This document shows positions 20,151 to 30,649 of a stretch of 64,000 nucleotides of DNA, in pieces (positions within the stretch are counted from its first letter, which is position 1; each line of letters opens with the position of its first letter). This DNA is from Patescibacteria group bacterium. Lineage in GTDB: Bacteria; Patescibacteriota; Minisyncoccia; Ryanbacterales; GWA2-47-10b. Under the pieces are notes generated by a model. It did no database searches and was not told the origin of the DNA. It saw only the letters and a program-made list of their open reading frames with translations. Position numbers and translations under genes: made by a program. Location: contig JBBTSE010000007.1 in assembly GCA_038064855.1 (NCBI GenBank), positions 151,699-215,698 of the forward strand. The letters are read 5' to 3'.

Positions 20151-20202
20151 CCTTACTGGGAGTTCTTATTTTTGTCCAACCTTAAAAAGGGAGGGAGATG
20201 TC

Positions 20203-21528
20203 ATGGAAGAAACAATAGAGGGTATCAACCAAACGCTCCCTGCCGATCTTCGGTCACGGGGGCTCAAACTGGTAGGCATCGAGCTGCTGCAAGCAGCATT
20301 TTTGCGTGGTAAAATCTCGACTCATGAGATTGCACAGCTCATTCCAAAGGAAACCGAACGCGACCGCGAACGCCTTACCGAAACTATCAGCTGGCTTGGC
20401 CAGCTCCTTCGGTCAAATGGAGTACAGCTAGTCACTGATAAAGACGCGCCCGCGTACCATGATCAATATCCGACTCGAAAAAAAGAGCCTAAAAAGTTCC
20501 GCAAAGTTCAAGATGGTACGGAACTCCCTGGTACTTATAAGGGGTTGCCAATCGCACCGGAACACCTTAATGAAGAATCCAGTCTGGACGAGTATTATGA
20601 TGTTCTCGGTCAATACTACTCCGAAATGCGTCGCTATCCTTTGCTCTCTTTCGAAGAGGAGCGGGAACTTGGTAGGCGCATTTTTGAGGAAAGCGATCTT
20701 GATGCACGCAATGGGCTTGTTGAGCACAACCTGCGGCTCGTCAGATGGGTTGCCTCTCGCTACATGTGGAGTAACTTGTCGCTTGAGGATCTCATTCAAG
20801 AAGGCAACGCTGGTCTTATCATTGCAGCGGGAAAGTTCGACTATCGCCGCGGACGCTTCACCACCTACGCGGTATGGTGGATCCGACAATCAATTTCCCG
20901 TGCGATCCAAGATCAGTCGAGAACCATACGCCTCCCTATTCATATTCAAGAGCTGGATCATCAGATCCGCGAAGTCTCACAGCGGATCGCCGAAGAAATG
21001 GGTCGTATCCCAACCGCGGAAGAGATCTCATGTGCTGCCGAGCTACCGGTGGACAAAGTCAGTCGAGCGCTCATCAGAATGCGCATCGAAACAATCTCGC
21101 TTGATGATGTAATCAATATGGATGGTCATCGCGGTAAGAACGAGGATAACGAACCAACATTGGGTGAAAGCCTTCCCGACGAGCAAATCCTGAACCACGA
21201 GCTCTACATCGAGGCATCCGAAGAACTCGAAACTGCCCGTAAAAAGATCAATGAGACTCTCCGACAAATTACTGATAAGTTGTCACTCTCAGAACGCGAT
21301 GTCAGGCTCTTCAACATTTTCTATGGCTTTGACGGTTCCGGAGGACATCGCACCCTAGAAGCCTCTGGGCAACATTTCGGAATCACCCGTGAGCGTGTCC
21401 GTCAAATCATCAACGCAATCTGGCAGAAAGTTGATGATCAAGGCGGTGACATGGATCACAATCACTTGCTTGAGGAACTTGACCGAATCGATGAACTGGA
21501 AAAAATCGTTGTGCCAGCGACGATCTAA
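20203..21528 (+). CDS. RpoD/SigA-like sigma-70 factor (probably an accessory copy)
   Basis: Region 1.2 [16 protein letters not shown]; region 2 [25 protein letters not shown]; region 4 [17 protein letters not shown]; SD before ATG 20203. Confidence 0.9.
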   Translation: MEETIEGINQTLPADLRSRGLKLVGIELLQAAFLRGKISTHEIAQLIPKETERDRERLTETISWLGQLLRSNGVQLVTDKDAPAYHDQYPTRKKEPKKFRKVQDGTELPGTYKGLPIAPEHLNEESSLDEYYDVLGQYYSEMRRYPLLSFEEERELGRRIFEESDLDARNGLVEHNLRLVRWVASRYMWSNLSLEDLIQEGNAGLIIAAGKFDYRRGRFTTYAVWWIRQSISRAIQDQSRTIRLPIHIQELDHQIREVSQRIAEEMGRIPTAEEISCAAELPVDKVSRALIRMRIETISLDDVINMDGHRGKNEDNEPTLGESLPDEQILNHELYIEASEELETARKKINETLRQITDKLSLSERDVRLFNIFYGFDGSGGHRTLEASGQHFGITRERVRQIINAIWQKVDDQGGDMDHNHLLEELDRIDELEKIVVPATI

Positions 21529-21532
21529 CACT

Positions 21533-21567
21533 AGGGGTTGCCTACAAGGCAACCCCTTTTCTTTTTA
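21533..21567. terminator. Intrinsic terminator between convergent genes
   Basis: AGGGGTTGCCT-ACA-AGGCAACCCCT followed by a T-tract. Confidence 0.85.
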
Positions 21568-21573
21568 TATTTA

Positions 21574-22608
21574 TCAATTTATAACCCCGCCACCTAAAAG
21601 CTCACCTTTGCTATAAAAAACAACTGACTGGCCGGGGGCAATTGCCCGCTGTGGACTATCAAAAATAACACGCCCGTCTTCGACGAGGCATCGCGCCAAA
21701 GGCGCTCGATAACGAATGCGGGCTTCGCATTCAAACGGAAAAACTGCCGGCGCCTTGAGCCAATTGGCGCCCTGATACATAATCTCTTTTTTGTAGAGCG
21801 CGGGATCGGTATCACTTTGCGCAACGGTAAGCGTACCCGTAGCGGCGTCTTTTGCGGCCACGTAGTACGGCTCGCCCGATCCGCCAGGGGTGCCAATACC
21901 GTGACGCTGACCGATTGTAAAAAGCTCCAAGCCATCATGCTCGCCTATTTTTTTGCCGTCAGCCGTACGAATCTCACCTCGGGTGGTCTCGATATGCTCG
22001 CGCAAAAAATCAGCGATACTCCCTTTACCTACAAAGCAAATGCCCTGCGAATCTTTTTTAGACGCGGTGGGCAAATTGTATTTCTCGGCGATTTTGCGTA
22101 CTTCGGGCTTGGTATATTCGCCTACCGGAAAGAGTGAGTGCGTGACAATCTCTGGTGTGAGCGCCCACAAAAAATATGTTTGATCTTTATTGGTATCTTT
22201 TGCTACCAAAAGTCTATCGCCATCACGGCGAATGTAGTGACCAGTCGCGATGTAGTCAGCGCCTTGTTCGCGCGCCCAGTCATAGAACAATCCGAACTTG
22301 ATCTCGCGATTGCACATCACATCAGGATTTGGCGTGCGACCAGCTTTGTATTCGGCAATAAGATACGCTACTACTTTTTCATAATATTTGCGTGAGAAAT
22401 CTAAAACACGAAACGGAATATCTAACATACCCGCGACACGCGCGGCATCTTGGCGGTCTTCTTTCCAGGTACACTCAAAATGCGGGTTTTGCCAACCCTG
22501 CATAAAAACACCATGTACATCATAACCCTGTTCTTTGAGGAGGGCTGCTGCTACCGAAGAATCAACGCCGCCCGACATGCCTACAAAGATCTTTTTCTTT
22601 TTCTCCAT
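21574..22608 (-). CDS. mnmA: tRNA 2-thiouridylase MnmA
   Basis: SGGVDSS, GRTPNPDVMCN, ATGHY, KDQTYFL, SQGICF. Confidence 0.98.
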   Translation of the reverse strand: MEKKKKIFVGMSGGVDSSVAAALLKEQGYDVHGVFMQGWQNPHFECTWKEDRQDAARVAGMLDIPFRVLDFSRKYYEKVVAYLIAEYKAGRTPNPDVMCNREIKFGLFYDWAREQGADYIATGHYIRRDGDRLLVAKDTNKDQTYFLWALTPEIVTHSLFPVGEYTKPEVRKIAEKYNLPTASKKDSQGICFVGKGSIADFLREHIETTRGEIRTADGKKIGEHDGLELFTIGQRHGIGTPGGSGEPYYVAAKDAATGTLTVAQSDTDPALYKKEIMYQGANWLKAPAVFPFECEARIRYRAPLARCLVEDGRVIFDSPQRAIAPGQSVVFYSKGELLGGGVIN

Positions 22609-22634
22609 AGCGCGCGTACTATACCACGGAATCG

Positions 22635-23576
22635 CTATTTGAGATAGAGAGCTTTGTTTTTCTTATGCTCATCGAATGTGCGAGCGTAATGGGTTGTGCC
22701 GTCACTCCCTGACAAGTAAAAAAAGTATGGAGATTCTACCGGATGAATTGCTGCCTTGATAGATTCGATGCCGGGATTTGAGATGGGTGTGGGCGGCAAC
22801 CCTTTGTGCTCATAGGTATTGTAAGGCGATGCGTTCTCGAGATCTTTTTTATCGAGTTCATGGCTTGCTTTACCGGTCACATAAAAAAGCGTCGCATCAA
22901 CCTGCAATGGCATACCTTCACGCATGCGCTTCCACAAAATGCCTGCTACGAGCACCTTATCACGCGGCGTACGCACCTCCCGCTCGATGATCGATGCCAT
23001 AGTAATGATGTCTTGCTGCGAATGGCCATTCGCCCTGATATCCGCTTCAAATGGTTTTATTTTTTCCTGAAATTCTTTGTACATCACGTCAACAATCTCT
23101 TCTGCTGACGCGGACTCAAAGAACCGATACGTATCGGGGAACAAAAAACCTTCGCGCGCCATGGCGATCACTTCAAAGCGTAATCCTGCCGGCATACCAG
23201 CCGACGAAAGAGTAGACGCGATATCACGCACCGTTGACCCTTCGGTGACGAGGACAGCACGCTCACTTTTTTGCGCAAGCAAATTCTCAAGTACCGTAAA
23301 TGTGGAATTTGCTCCAATAAATTCAAATGATCCCGCGCCCAAACGGTTTTGTCTGCCTGATACATACGCTGCCCACACAAAAAAGATACGCGAACGAATA
23401 ACGCCCGCTCCTTTGAGGCGCGCGCCGATCTGCTCGGCGTTCATACCACGCTCAATACGAACGACGGGTTGACTTGGTGTTGGCGGAAATATTACTCCAA
23501 AACCCCATCCTATAACCAAAAAAAGCGCCAAGAGCACCCCTCCTACAATCTGCGTGATGCGCAATTTCGTCATCAT
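22635..23576 (-). CDS. mltG: Endolytic transglycosylase MltG
   Basis: EGFLFPDTY, MASIIERE, LQVDAT, SPYNTY, GLPPTPISNPG; start position uncertain. Confidence 0.95.
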   Translation of the reverse strand: MMTKLRITQIVGGVLLALFLVIGWGFGVIFPPTPSQPVVRIERGMNAEQIGARLKGAGVIRSRIFFVWAAYVSGRQNRLGAGSFEFIGANSTFTVLENLLAQKSERAVLVTEGSTVRDIASTLSSAGMPAGLRFEVIAMAREGFLFPDTYRFFESASAEEIVDVMYKEFQEKIKPFEADIRANGHSQQDIITMASIIEREVRTPRDKVLVAGILWKRMREGMPLQVDATLFYVTGKASHELDKKDLENASPYNTYEHKGLPPTPISNPGIESIKAAIHPVESPYFFYLSGSDGTTHYARTFDEHKKNKALYLK

Positions 23577-24919
23577 AAAATACCCCAAGTTTGTAGCTGG
23601 TCAGATTCGTGATACCACTTGACCCCAATATCGGTGCGATAAAACATATTTTGAAGACGCACATTTTTGATACGCTTGTATGCAAGCTGGCGAGCTTCCT
23701 CTACCGTGTTGCTCGCAGCCGTCACCACCAACGCATAACCTGAATCGCCCGCCAAGTGCCAGTCACCGTCAACCAGCTTTACATCACCAAGACGCACACC
23801 TTCGAGGTTCGGCTTTTTGAAAAGTATCGAAATGTCCTTATAGATAGCTGCTTCGCGCTTGTCATCATAGGGAAACGGCGGTACTGCGATGATCACACCT
23901 ATCTGAAAGCCTTTTTTGGTTTTAATGTCATAGGGTTCGCCCTTCGCCATCATGTACAGAAATTCGCCCATGGGACTCATGATACCCTCCATCTGGATAC
24001 TGATAGTAGGATAACCAAAGCGACAGGTAAACTCAAGGGGATAAATGCCACGCGCGTTTGCAATACAATTGATATCAATATAACCACAATAGCCACTCTC
24101 TTTGAGCTTGTCGCGCATCTTCTCAAGTGTGACGCGAAACGCGTTGTTCGGCGCAGACCAAAACATCAGGGTGCCCATCTCACCGGTATACGGACCAATA
24201 TCGCCGGGAAAAAGTTTTTTGTGTTCAAAATTTACATTGATGGGATAGAGAAAGTCGTTGCCATTGAAAAATGCTCCCACTGCAATTTCCACGCCCTCGG
24301 CAACTTTTTGAAGCTGAAAACGCTTGATACGCTTGCCCCATGTTTTTTTATTGTGTTCGAGGACTTCGATGATATCTTTACCATCTTCTTCGTGACCAAT
24401 AAACAAAATACCTTTCTGATCAGACGGCACGCTGCCTGATGGCTTGAAGACATATCTGCCAGGATTTTGTTTGATATGCTCAATAGCTGCGTCAAATTCA
24501 GTAAAATCCCAGTGGGGCAAAATGTTCATACCTACTGATTTCATCTCGTTTTGACCGAATTCGCGATCTTCTTCGAGCATGTCAGTATAGATACTGCCGC
24601 CAACGACATATTTACCTTCCTTACGCAAGGAATCTGCTATTTTGCCAAAGCCGGTGTCATCACAAATAATAACATCCGCCCAATCTTTATGAGCTTTCCA
24701 ATCATCCACTTTCTCGAGAAATCCATCATAGACATCACGATCATCTTGACGATCAATATAACATTTGACTTCATTGCCTTCTTTGGCAACCTGCCATGCT
24801 AAATCTCCCGACAAACTTTCCCACGAGATAAAAAGGAATTTTCTGGAAATTTTTTCAGCAGCACCGTTACTGTTTCCATTTCCGTTGCCATTCCCATTCC
24901 CATTCGTTTTGGCATCCAT
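23573..24919 (-). CDS. PurD-like ATP-grasp ligase
   Basis: LEEDREFG, YVFKP, EHKKLF.GDIGPYTGEMG, EFTCRFGYP, YRTDIG; N-terminal (NG)n tract. Confidence 0.8.
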   Translation of the reverse strand: MDAKTNGNGNGNGNGNSNGAAEKISRKFLFISWESLSGDLAWQVAKEGNEVKCYIDRQDDRDVYDGFLEKVDDWKAHKDWADVIICDDTGFGKIADSLRKEGKYVVGGSIYTDMLEEDREFGQNEMKSVGMNILPHWDFTEFDAAIEHIKQNPGRYVFKPSGSVPSDQKGILFIGHEEDGKDIIEVLEHNKKTWGKRIKRFQLQKVAEGVEIAVGAFFNGNDFLYPINVNFEHKKLFPGDIGPYTGEMGTLMFWSAPNNAFRVTLEKMRDKLKESGYCGYIDINCIANARGIYPLEFTCRFGYPTISIQMEGIMSPMGEFLYMMAKGEPYDIKTKKGFQIGVIIAVPPFPYDDKREAAIYKDISILFKKPNLEGVRLGDVKLVDGDWHLAGDSGYALVVTAASNTVEEARQLAYKRIKNVRLQNMFYRTDIGVKWYHESDQLQTWGIL

Positions 24920-24973
24920 TACATTTTTATTGTAGAAGGTACGAAAAAAATGTAAAGCATTTTTGGTGCGTAA

Positions 24974-25573
24974 TTATTTTTTTATGCGAAAAATTAATAT
25001 ATCGCTACCTGATCCCGCGTTGAACTTGCCTACGAATCGCGCGCCCGCATCTCTAAATATCTTTTGATACTCTTTTTGTGTAAACGCAGTGATGCGCAAT
25101 GAATCTGGGTTGAGTTTTTGAGATCCTTGAAACGAGTGCTTATATGGATTGGCAAAGAAAATATAATCTCGTGACGCGCGTACGAGTATACGCGCCGCTT
25201 TTTTGTTTTCTTCCAGCGTTAAATACTCAAAAACATCAAAACAGATAATAGCGTCGTACGCACGAGGAGCAATTGGTACGTCAAGAAGGCTTCCTTTAGT
25301 GATATATTTTTTGACTGATGGCAACGCGCGAGTAAGCGCGTAGTGAGAAAACTCAATCCCCTCGACCGCAATCTTGTGAGATCTATGCAACTCGTCCATC
25401 AAATATCCTTCAGCGCATCCGACATCGAGTATCTGTGGTTTTTTACTGTTTTTGATATACGAAAAAATTTTGCGCGCCGTGGGGCGCGTCCAGCTCAAAA
25501 CATCCTCTTTATATGAATCGTAACTACCCGAAGAAAAATACTTGCGGTCAAACTGTTTTGCGGGCTGAGCCAT
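24974..25573 (-). CDS. Class I SAM-dependent methyltransferase
   Basis: ILDVGCAEG motif I, YDAIICFDVFEY. Confidence 0.88.
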   Translation of the reverse strand: MAQPAKQFDRKYFSSGSYDSYKEDVLSWTRPTARKIFSYIKNSKKPQILDVGCAEGYLMDELHRSHKIAVEGIEFSHYALTRALPSVKKYITKGSLLDVPIAPRAYDAIICFDVFEYLTLEENKKAARILVRASRDYIFFANPYKHSFQGSQKLNPDSLRITAFTQKEYQKIFRDAGARFVGKFNAGSGSDILIFRIKK

Positions 25574-25585
25574 TTCAAATCTGTA

Positions 25586-27376
25586 CTATCCGCGACGAGC
25601 AAGGTGCTCACCAAGATCTTTAAGCATCAGCGCATCGCTAGGTGTGTCAAGACGGGCCGCGATATTTTTTGCTTCTTTGAGATCTGACTCGGCGCTTGCG
25701 TACATCTGCAGTAACTCGCGTCCTAATGGCATCATATATGCCCCCCAATCTTCGCGAAGTTTAAACTCATCAATAGAGACGGCATCGCCGGTCTTTATAA
25801 AAACATTCTTTTCCGCAAGAACACCGAGACGCGCTGACGCTCCTAACCAATATGGATAATCCTCACCGTCGGGATTCCCGTCATAGTAATTAACCAAATC
25901 ATCACCCAGCATGGCGAGGTTCATGGCTTCTTGAGCTTGATCGCCAAAACGCTGCCGGGCTTCTTTTTGCATGACTTTGGTAAAAACGATGCGCGCGAGC
26001 GTATCAGACTTTGATTCGGCAAATGTATCGTTGAGATCACCGAGGCGTTTTGCCGATTTGCTTTCGTCAGAATAAATCCTATGAACAAACTCATGAAAAA
26101 ATGACAACATATTCATCAAATCACCAAACGATCGATCCTCGACCACTTCGCGGAGCTCTGCTGGTACTAACTTTTTAATTTTTTCCATCGCCGGCTTGGT
26201 ATATTCACGCCATTGAGCATTTTCGATCAACAAGTTCCAGTTACGATCCTCTCCATCTTGGGCAACGCCGCGAAACTTCATATTGATACCAAGTGCTGCA
26301 AGATCGTTGCCAACGATAGCACGACTTTCCGCGATAACAGCGAGATCCTCTTTTTTAATAAGATCGGGGAACGATTTGCCCAGAGCATCGGAAAAGTCGC
26401 CACGAAGACCTTCTACGGTTGCGGAAATACCGCGCTCGCGAGCCGTTTGCCATACAATGCGTATTTCAGGATCAAAGCCAAGATTTTTTACCTCAACATC
26501 GTCACTGAGCATAGAACCGCTTTGTGGCATGAGTATCAAAGGAAATTCTGGGTGGGCTTTATAAAAATCGAGAAATAAATCGTAGGTCTCTTTTACAAGA
26601 CGATCTCGATACACGGCAGAATATGCCTCGCCTTCCTTATTAAACGGACGATAAGCGCCCTGAAGCGTATCGAGGTATCCCAAAAATTCTTCTCCCGTAT
26701 CTCCGAAGTCTTTGAGCCACGCTGATTCGGCAAAACGAGTCTTCATATCTTCAAGAGCGCTATTCATACGCGCGTGTTCGCGTACCGCGTCTATAGGTCG
26801 GTTCTCTCTGCCTTCACCGCCAAGCGCTCGAGCCCAGAGGCGTACATATTCCGCGTTGGATGCCGTCAATCTTGGTATCGCGTCCGCGATAATATCACGC
26901 ACATCAGTATCCATACCAAAGCGCTCCAAGTCTTCAGGCGCGAGACCTTTGAGTGCCTCGCTCATCGTCGCGGCACACGCGCGCTCGGATACCAGACTAA
27001 GCCCCAAAGTAGTCTTGGTCATAGCTGCGTCTTTAAGATCAATACTCGAATAGTTGCGCCCAGTCACCGCTTCTGTAAACTTTTCTTCAGAGCCACTCCA
27101 CGCCGTATCTTTTAAAACCTCAGGGATATACATAGCAGTACGGTCATACACCTCGTCTTGCACGCTTCGCACAAGTTCATTGACGGTCTCTGGGTGGTCA
27201 GCCAAAGGGATATCTTTTCTCAGTTTTCGATAATATTCACGCGCAAATTGAAAAACTGGATCCCACGCGCGTAACGATTCTTCTTCGGTCTCCCCCTCGA
27301 ATACTTTTGGCCGCTCGGTGACCGCGGGAGGGTGGCCATGAGACTCGTCTGGCAAATAGGGCGCTGACTCTTTCAT
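25586..27376 (-). CDS. Hypothetical protein with HExxH motif (zincin/M49/CiaB-like)
   Basis: FFHEFVH followed by FAESKSD; start at ATG 27376. Confidence 0.6.
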   Translation of the reverse strand: MKESAPYLPDESHGHPPAVTERPKVFEGETEEESLRAWDPVFQFAREYYRKLRKDIPLADHPETVNELVRSVQDEVYDRTAMYIPEVLKDTAWSGSEEKFTEAVTGRNYSSIDLKDAAMTKTTLGLSLVSERACAATMSEALKGLAPEDLERFGMDTDVRDIIADAIPRLTASNAEYVRLWARALGGEGRENRPIDAVREHARMNSALEDMKTRFAESAWLKDFGDTGEEFLGYLDTLQGAYRPFNKEGEAYSAVYRDRLVKETYDLFLDFYKAHPEFPLILMPQSGSMLSDDVEVKNLGFDPEIRIVWQTARERGISATVEGLRGDFSDALGKSFPDLIKKEDLAVIAESRAIVGNDLAALGINMKFRGVAQDGEDRNWNLLIENAQWREYTKPAMEKIKKLVPAELREVVEDRSFGDLMNMLSFFHEFVHRIYSDESKSAKRLGDLNDTFAESKSDTLARIVFTKVMQKEARQRFGDQAQEAMNLAMLGDDLVNYYDGNPDGEDYPYWLGASARLGVLAEKNVFIKTGDAVSIDEFKLREDWGAYMMPLGRELLQMYASAESDLKEAKNIAARLDTPSDALMLKDLGEHLARRG

Positions 27377-28107
27377 GAGGAAACTATAACACGCAATTCT
27401 TTGCCAACGATAGCGAGCACGGTAATACCGCGTGCTGGTATCTTGCACGGCCTGCCCTCTTGGCGAATACAAGCGCGGATAGCAGCAAGCGTTGGTTTGC
27501 CGGTTAGCTTATACGCAGGTTTGCCTCGAACGGCAAAAAGCTGATAAATCTCATGATCATTGATATTTTTTGGATACGAAGCGAGTGGTTCAAGTTTTTT
27601 ACCAACTTCAAAAATGTATCTCCCGTAGCGGCCTTTTTGCTTGGCGAGTGCGGCGCGCTCAAAAGCAAAAAAGGCGTTGAGTTCTGGGTCTGAACAGTGA
27701 AGTGACCCCCTGCATGACGGAAACCCGCACATACAAATATGCCTACACGGATTACATTCTTCGTCGGGCTGACCAATAGTGTATGAGACGGCGAGCTCCT
27801 CGCCTCGAAAAATCTTACGACGGGCAAAATATACCGTATGATCGCCCAATGGATACATACCGCAATTTGGCTCGCACGAGTGATTGATAAGATGAATACC
27901 ACTTTCTGTTGGATTGGCGAGGATTGAAAGTTGATCATTTAAGAGCATGGCGTAGAGCCCCTGTTCTTCTTCGTGAACATCTTCGTTAGGGACAATCATA
28001 CCGAGATAGTCGCCAATGATAGTACCGGCGGGAATATCACGCGTAGCAAAAACACCCTTGCCCTTATCAGGCAGCGTACGAACTTCAAAGTCTTTAATCA
28101 AAAGCAT
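27373..28107 (-). CDS. SET-domain protein with post-SET Zn cluster
   Basis: GKGVFA, INHSCEPN, GEELAVSY, CMCGFPSCRG. Confidence 0.92.
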   Translation of the reverse strand: MLLIKDFEVRTLPDKGKGVFATRDIPAGTIIGDYLGMIVPNEDVHEEEQGLYAMLLNDQLSILANPTESGIHLINHSCEPNCGMYPLGDHTVYFARRKIFRGEELAVSYTIGQPDEECNPCRHICMCGFPSCRGSLHCSDPELNAFFAFERAALAKQKGRYGRYIFEVGKKLEPLASYPKNINDHEIYQLFAVRGKPAYKLTGKPTLAAIRACIRQEGRPCKIPARGITVLAIVGKELRVIVSS

Positions 28108-28136
28108 ACGGAGATCAGTACGGTCGTATCTATAAC

Positions 28137-28397
28137 CTAACCTTTGAGCTCTTTGATTTTAGCGATGAGCTTGTTCTTATCAAGTCCCCCTACCGCAAAC
28201 AATTCACCGTTGACGATGATGCCGGGTGACGACATGATGCCATACTCTCCCACAAGCTTTTGCCCTTCGGGCGTGAGCACATCAATATATTGGATATCGA
28301 CATCAGGAAATTGTGGGCGAATCTCACCCTCAAAGATTTTTTTGGCGGCCGCGCAATGCGTACAGCCCGGAGATGTTACCTCTACAATCTTGATCAT
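28137..28397 (-). CDS. Small thioredoxin/glutaredoxin-like protein
   Basis: SPGCTHC, YGIMSSPGIIVNGE. Confidence 0.9.
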   Translation of the reverse strand: MIKIVEVTSPGCTHCAAAKKIFEGEIRPQFPDVDIQYIDVLTPEGQKLVGEYGIMSSPGIIVNGELFAVGGLDKNKLIAKIKELKG

Positions 28398-28401
28398 ATA
28401 T

Positions 28402-28779
28402 TTATTCTACCACAATGGTCCCCCCTATTTCAGGGAAAAGATGATCATGATATTTCCATTCACCTTGCTTCTTGAAGACAAACGACCATGATTCCCCTGG
28501 GCGTACTGATTTTTTGGGATCAAACTCACTATAAATCTCATGGGTAGGATGAATATTGGACGCGGGCCAATATGCTTCTTTTGAATCTTTATTGATAAAT
28601 GTCACGCGCTCACCCACGGGGACGCGTAAATTTTTAGGCGTATAGATTTTATCTTTCATAACAATTTCGGTACCGCCACCGATCGATATACTACTGCCTG
28701 CCGGCCAGTAAACAACAGCGCCGAATACCGCAAGACCTACCGCGATCGCCACTATCATAATTTTTGTATTTTGATCCAT
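28402..28779 (-). CDS. Membrane-anchored cupredoxin-fold protein
   Basis: VGERVTFIN, WPASNIHPTH, GEWKYHDHL; start at ATG 28779. Confidence 0.82.
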   Translation of the reverse strand: MDQNTKIMIVAIAVGLAVFGAVVYWPAGSSISIGGGTEIVMKDKIYTPKNLRVPVGERVTFINKDSKEAYWPASNIHPTHEIYSEFDPKKSVRPGESWSFVFKKQGEWKYHDHLFPEIGGTIVVE

Positions 28780-28780
28780 A

Positions 28781-30649
28781 TTATTCTTGAAGTACCAGCA
28801 TACCGCCCGAAACCTCATAAGCTACGCGCGTACCATTGGGCACCATGGAGATAAAAATACCACCCGGATAGCGCGCCCGCAATACATATTCGTGCTTATC
28901 CCAAATATTTTTATTCATAAAAAGAGTAAAGGGTGCCTGCAGCTGCTCATAGGGAAGCGTATCGGGCGAGATAAGCCCTGAATGCTGGTCATCGCGTACA
29001 AAAGTCTTGAGCCACCCTTGCCACTGGCTCTCGACACCCCAAGTGTAATACGGATTTTGAGAATCTGCTGCGAGATAAAAAGCGTATCCGGGCATTTTTG
29101 CTCGAGCTTCGGTATATCGCGCAGTAGCACCGAGCGCATCACCATCACGCAAACCCTTCGTCACAAAATCAGAAAAAATAGAAAGGTTCCAAACAACAAT
29201 ACTGATAGTACCGACTATGACGAGTGCACTGGAAAGCGGTAAAGAAAACCGCGTAAACTTTTTTATAATACTATTTGCAATACTGCCTAGTGCGTAGAGT
29301 GCCTCGACCGCAAGAAAAGCGACAAATGGTAAGGTGGAGAGTAAACGATTGTAGTGTGGATTTTTATTGAAAAAGAAACTAAGCACGAGCCATAAAACGA
29401 TAAAGGATCCAGCTAAAAACAAATGGAACTCCATCTGCTCACCCCTGCGCGCCCAGCGCATCAAAACTGCGATAAGTCCTATCCAAATTAAAATACCAGT
29501 GAGTGGATCGACAAATCCGTGTCCGTAGTTTGGATACACATAATTATGATCGTGGAGATTGTTGTTAAACATCGTGAGGCCTTGCATCGTGTTGATCCGT
29601 AGGCCGTCGGCGATACTCGCTGCACCCACCCATGCTTGTTGCTCCAATTGAGCTTGTTGAGAAAATAGAAATTTGTTACTGACATCGGTCAGTTCAGTCT
29701 CTTGGGTAGCGAGTAGAGAGAGAACGAGTGGAGAGACAACAAGAAAGGCGCCCAAGATAGTAATAGCAATCGCCGAACATATATCAAGCCAGTGGTATTT
29801 CTTTTCGAGAAAGATACCGAGACCGACAAGAAACATCATCCAGAGCGGGATAATAATACGTGCTGGCAAATATACATAAAATGAAAATCCCGCTGCCAGG
29901 GCGCCTATAAAGAGTAAAAACCAATTTTTGCGCATGAGGCCGAACCCCAAGAATGTGAAGGCGACAACCTCAACACAGAGCGCTGAATTGTCACGCATTG
30001 CCATCCTGCTGACCGCCATAAGCGCGTGATTAAACCCTACGATGATGGCGCCCGAAAACGGTAGAAGATACGCCATGGCGGAACGTGAAGCATCGATCGA
30101 AAGAGCAGCGAGTCGTAGAAGAAAATAGCTAAAAACAATGATAACAAGCGCGAAAGAGGCGTGCACGACGCGCGAGTGATAGAGATCGATCCCACCCAGA
30201 CTATCAGCAAGTCCTCCGAAAACAGTAAAAATCAGCGCTGGATAGCGAAAGTAGTTTGTAATCCCAAAAGGATTATATGCGGGATCATGTGTCGACTCTT
30301 TGACAAAATGCATGATCGTCGGCTCGTCCGTGTTGAGTTGAAATGGAATATAGTAAAGCGCTGAAAAATAGACGGGAATAAAAACAAGCAACAATGCAAA
30401 AATGGCGTATACGTCATAGCGCGTTAGCCCTAACTGCCAACTAGTTTTTTTGTTTGTCAGAAACAAAAAGGTCCCCGCCCCTAAAACAAGCGACGCTATC
30501 CACCACATCAACGTGCCTGAGTGATATCCGCTCTCATTATAACTAGAGAGTGCTTGCGTATTGGCGAGTATAGCTCCCACCAATACTACGAGAGCTAATG
30601 CAAACCGGTTGCGTATCAGACTAACGAGCATAGGCCATGCACTGCTCAC
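28781..30649 (-). CDS. GT-C (PMT/ArnT-like) multi-pass glycosyltransferase
   Basis: More than 10 TM segments, NTDE acidic motif in the first loop, RLLSTLPF. Confidence 0.75.
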   Translation of the reverse strand: MSSAWPMLVSLIRNRFALALVVLVGAILANTQALSSYNESGYHSGTLMWWIASLVLGAGTFLFLTNKKTSWQLGLTRYDVYAIFALLLVFIPVYFSALYYIPFQLNTDEPTIMHFVKESTHDPAYNPFGITNYFRYPALIFTVFGGLADSLGGIDLYHSRVVHASFALVIIVFSYFLLRLAALSIDASRSAMAYLLPFSGAIIVGFNHALMAVSRMAMRDNSALCVEVVAFTFLGFGLMRKNWFLLFIGALAAGFSFYVYLPARIIIPLWMMFLVGLGIFLEKKYHWLDICSAIAITILGAFLVVSPLVLSLLATQETELTDVSNKFLFSQQAQLEQQAWVGAASIADGLRINTMQGLTMFNNNLHDHNYVYPNYGHGFVDPLTGILIWIGLIAVLMRWARRGEQMEFHLFLAGSFIVLWLVLSFFFNKNPHYNRLLSTLPFVAFLAVEALYALGSIANSIIKKFTRFSLPLSSALVIVGTISIVVWNLSIFSDFVTKGLRDGDALGATARYTEARAKMPGYAFYLAADSQNPYYTWGVESQWQGWLKTFVRDDQHSGLISPDTLPYEQLQAPFTLFMNKNIWDKHEYVLRARYPGGIFISMVPNGTRVAYEVSGGMLVLQE

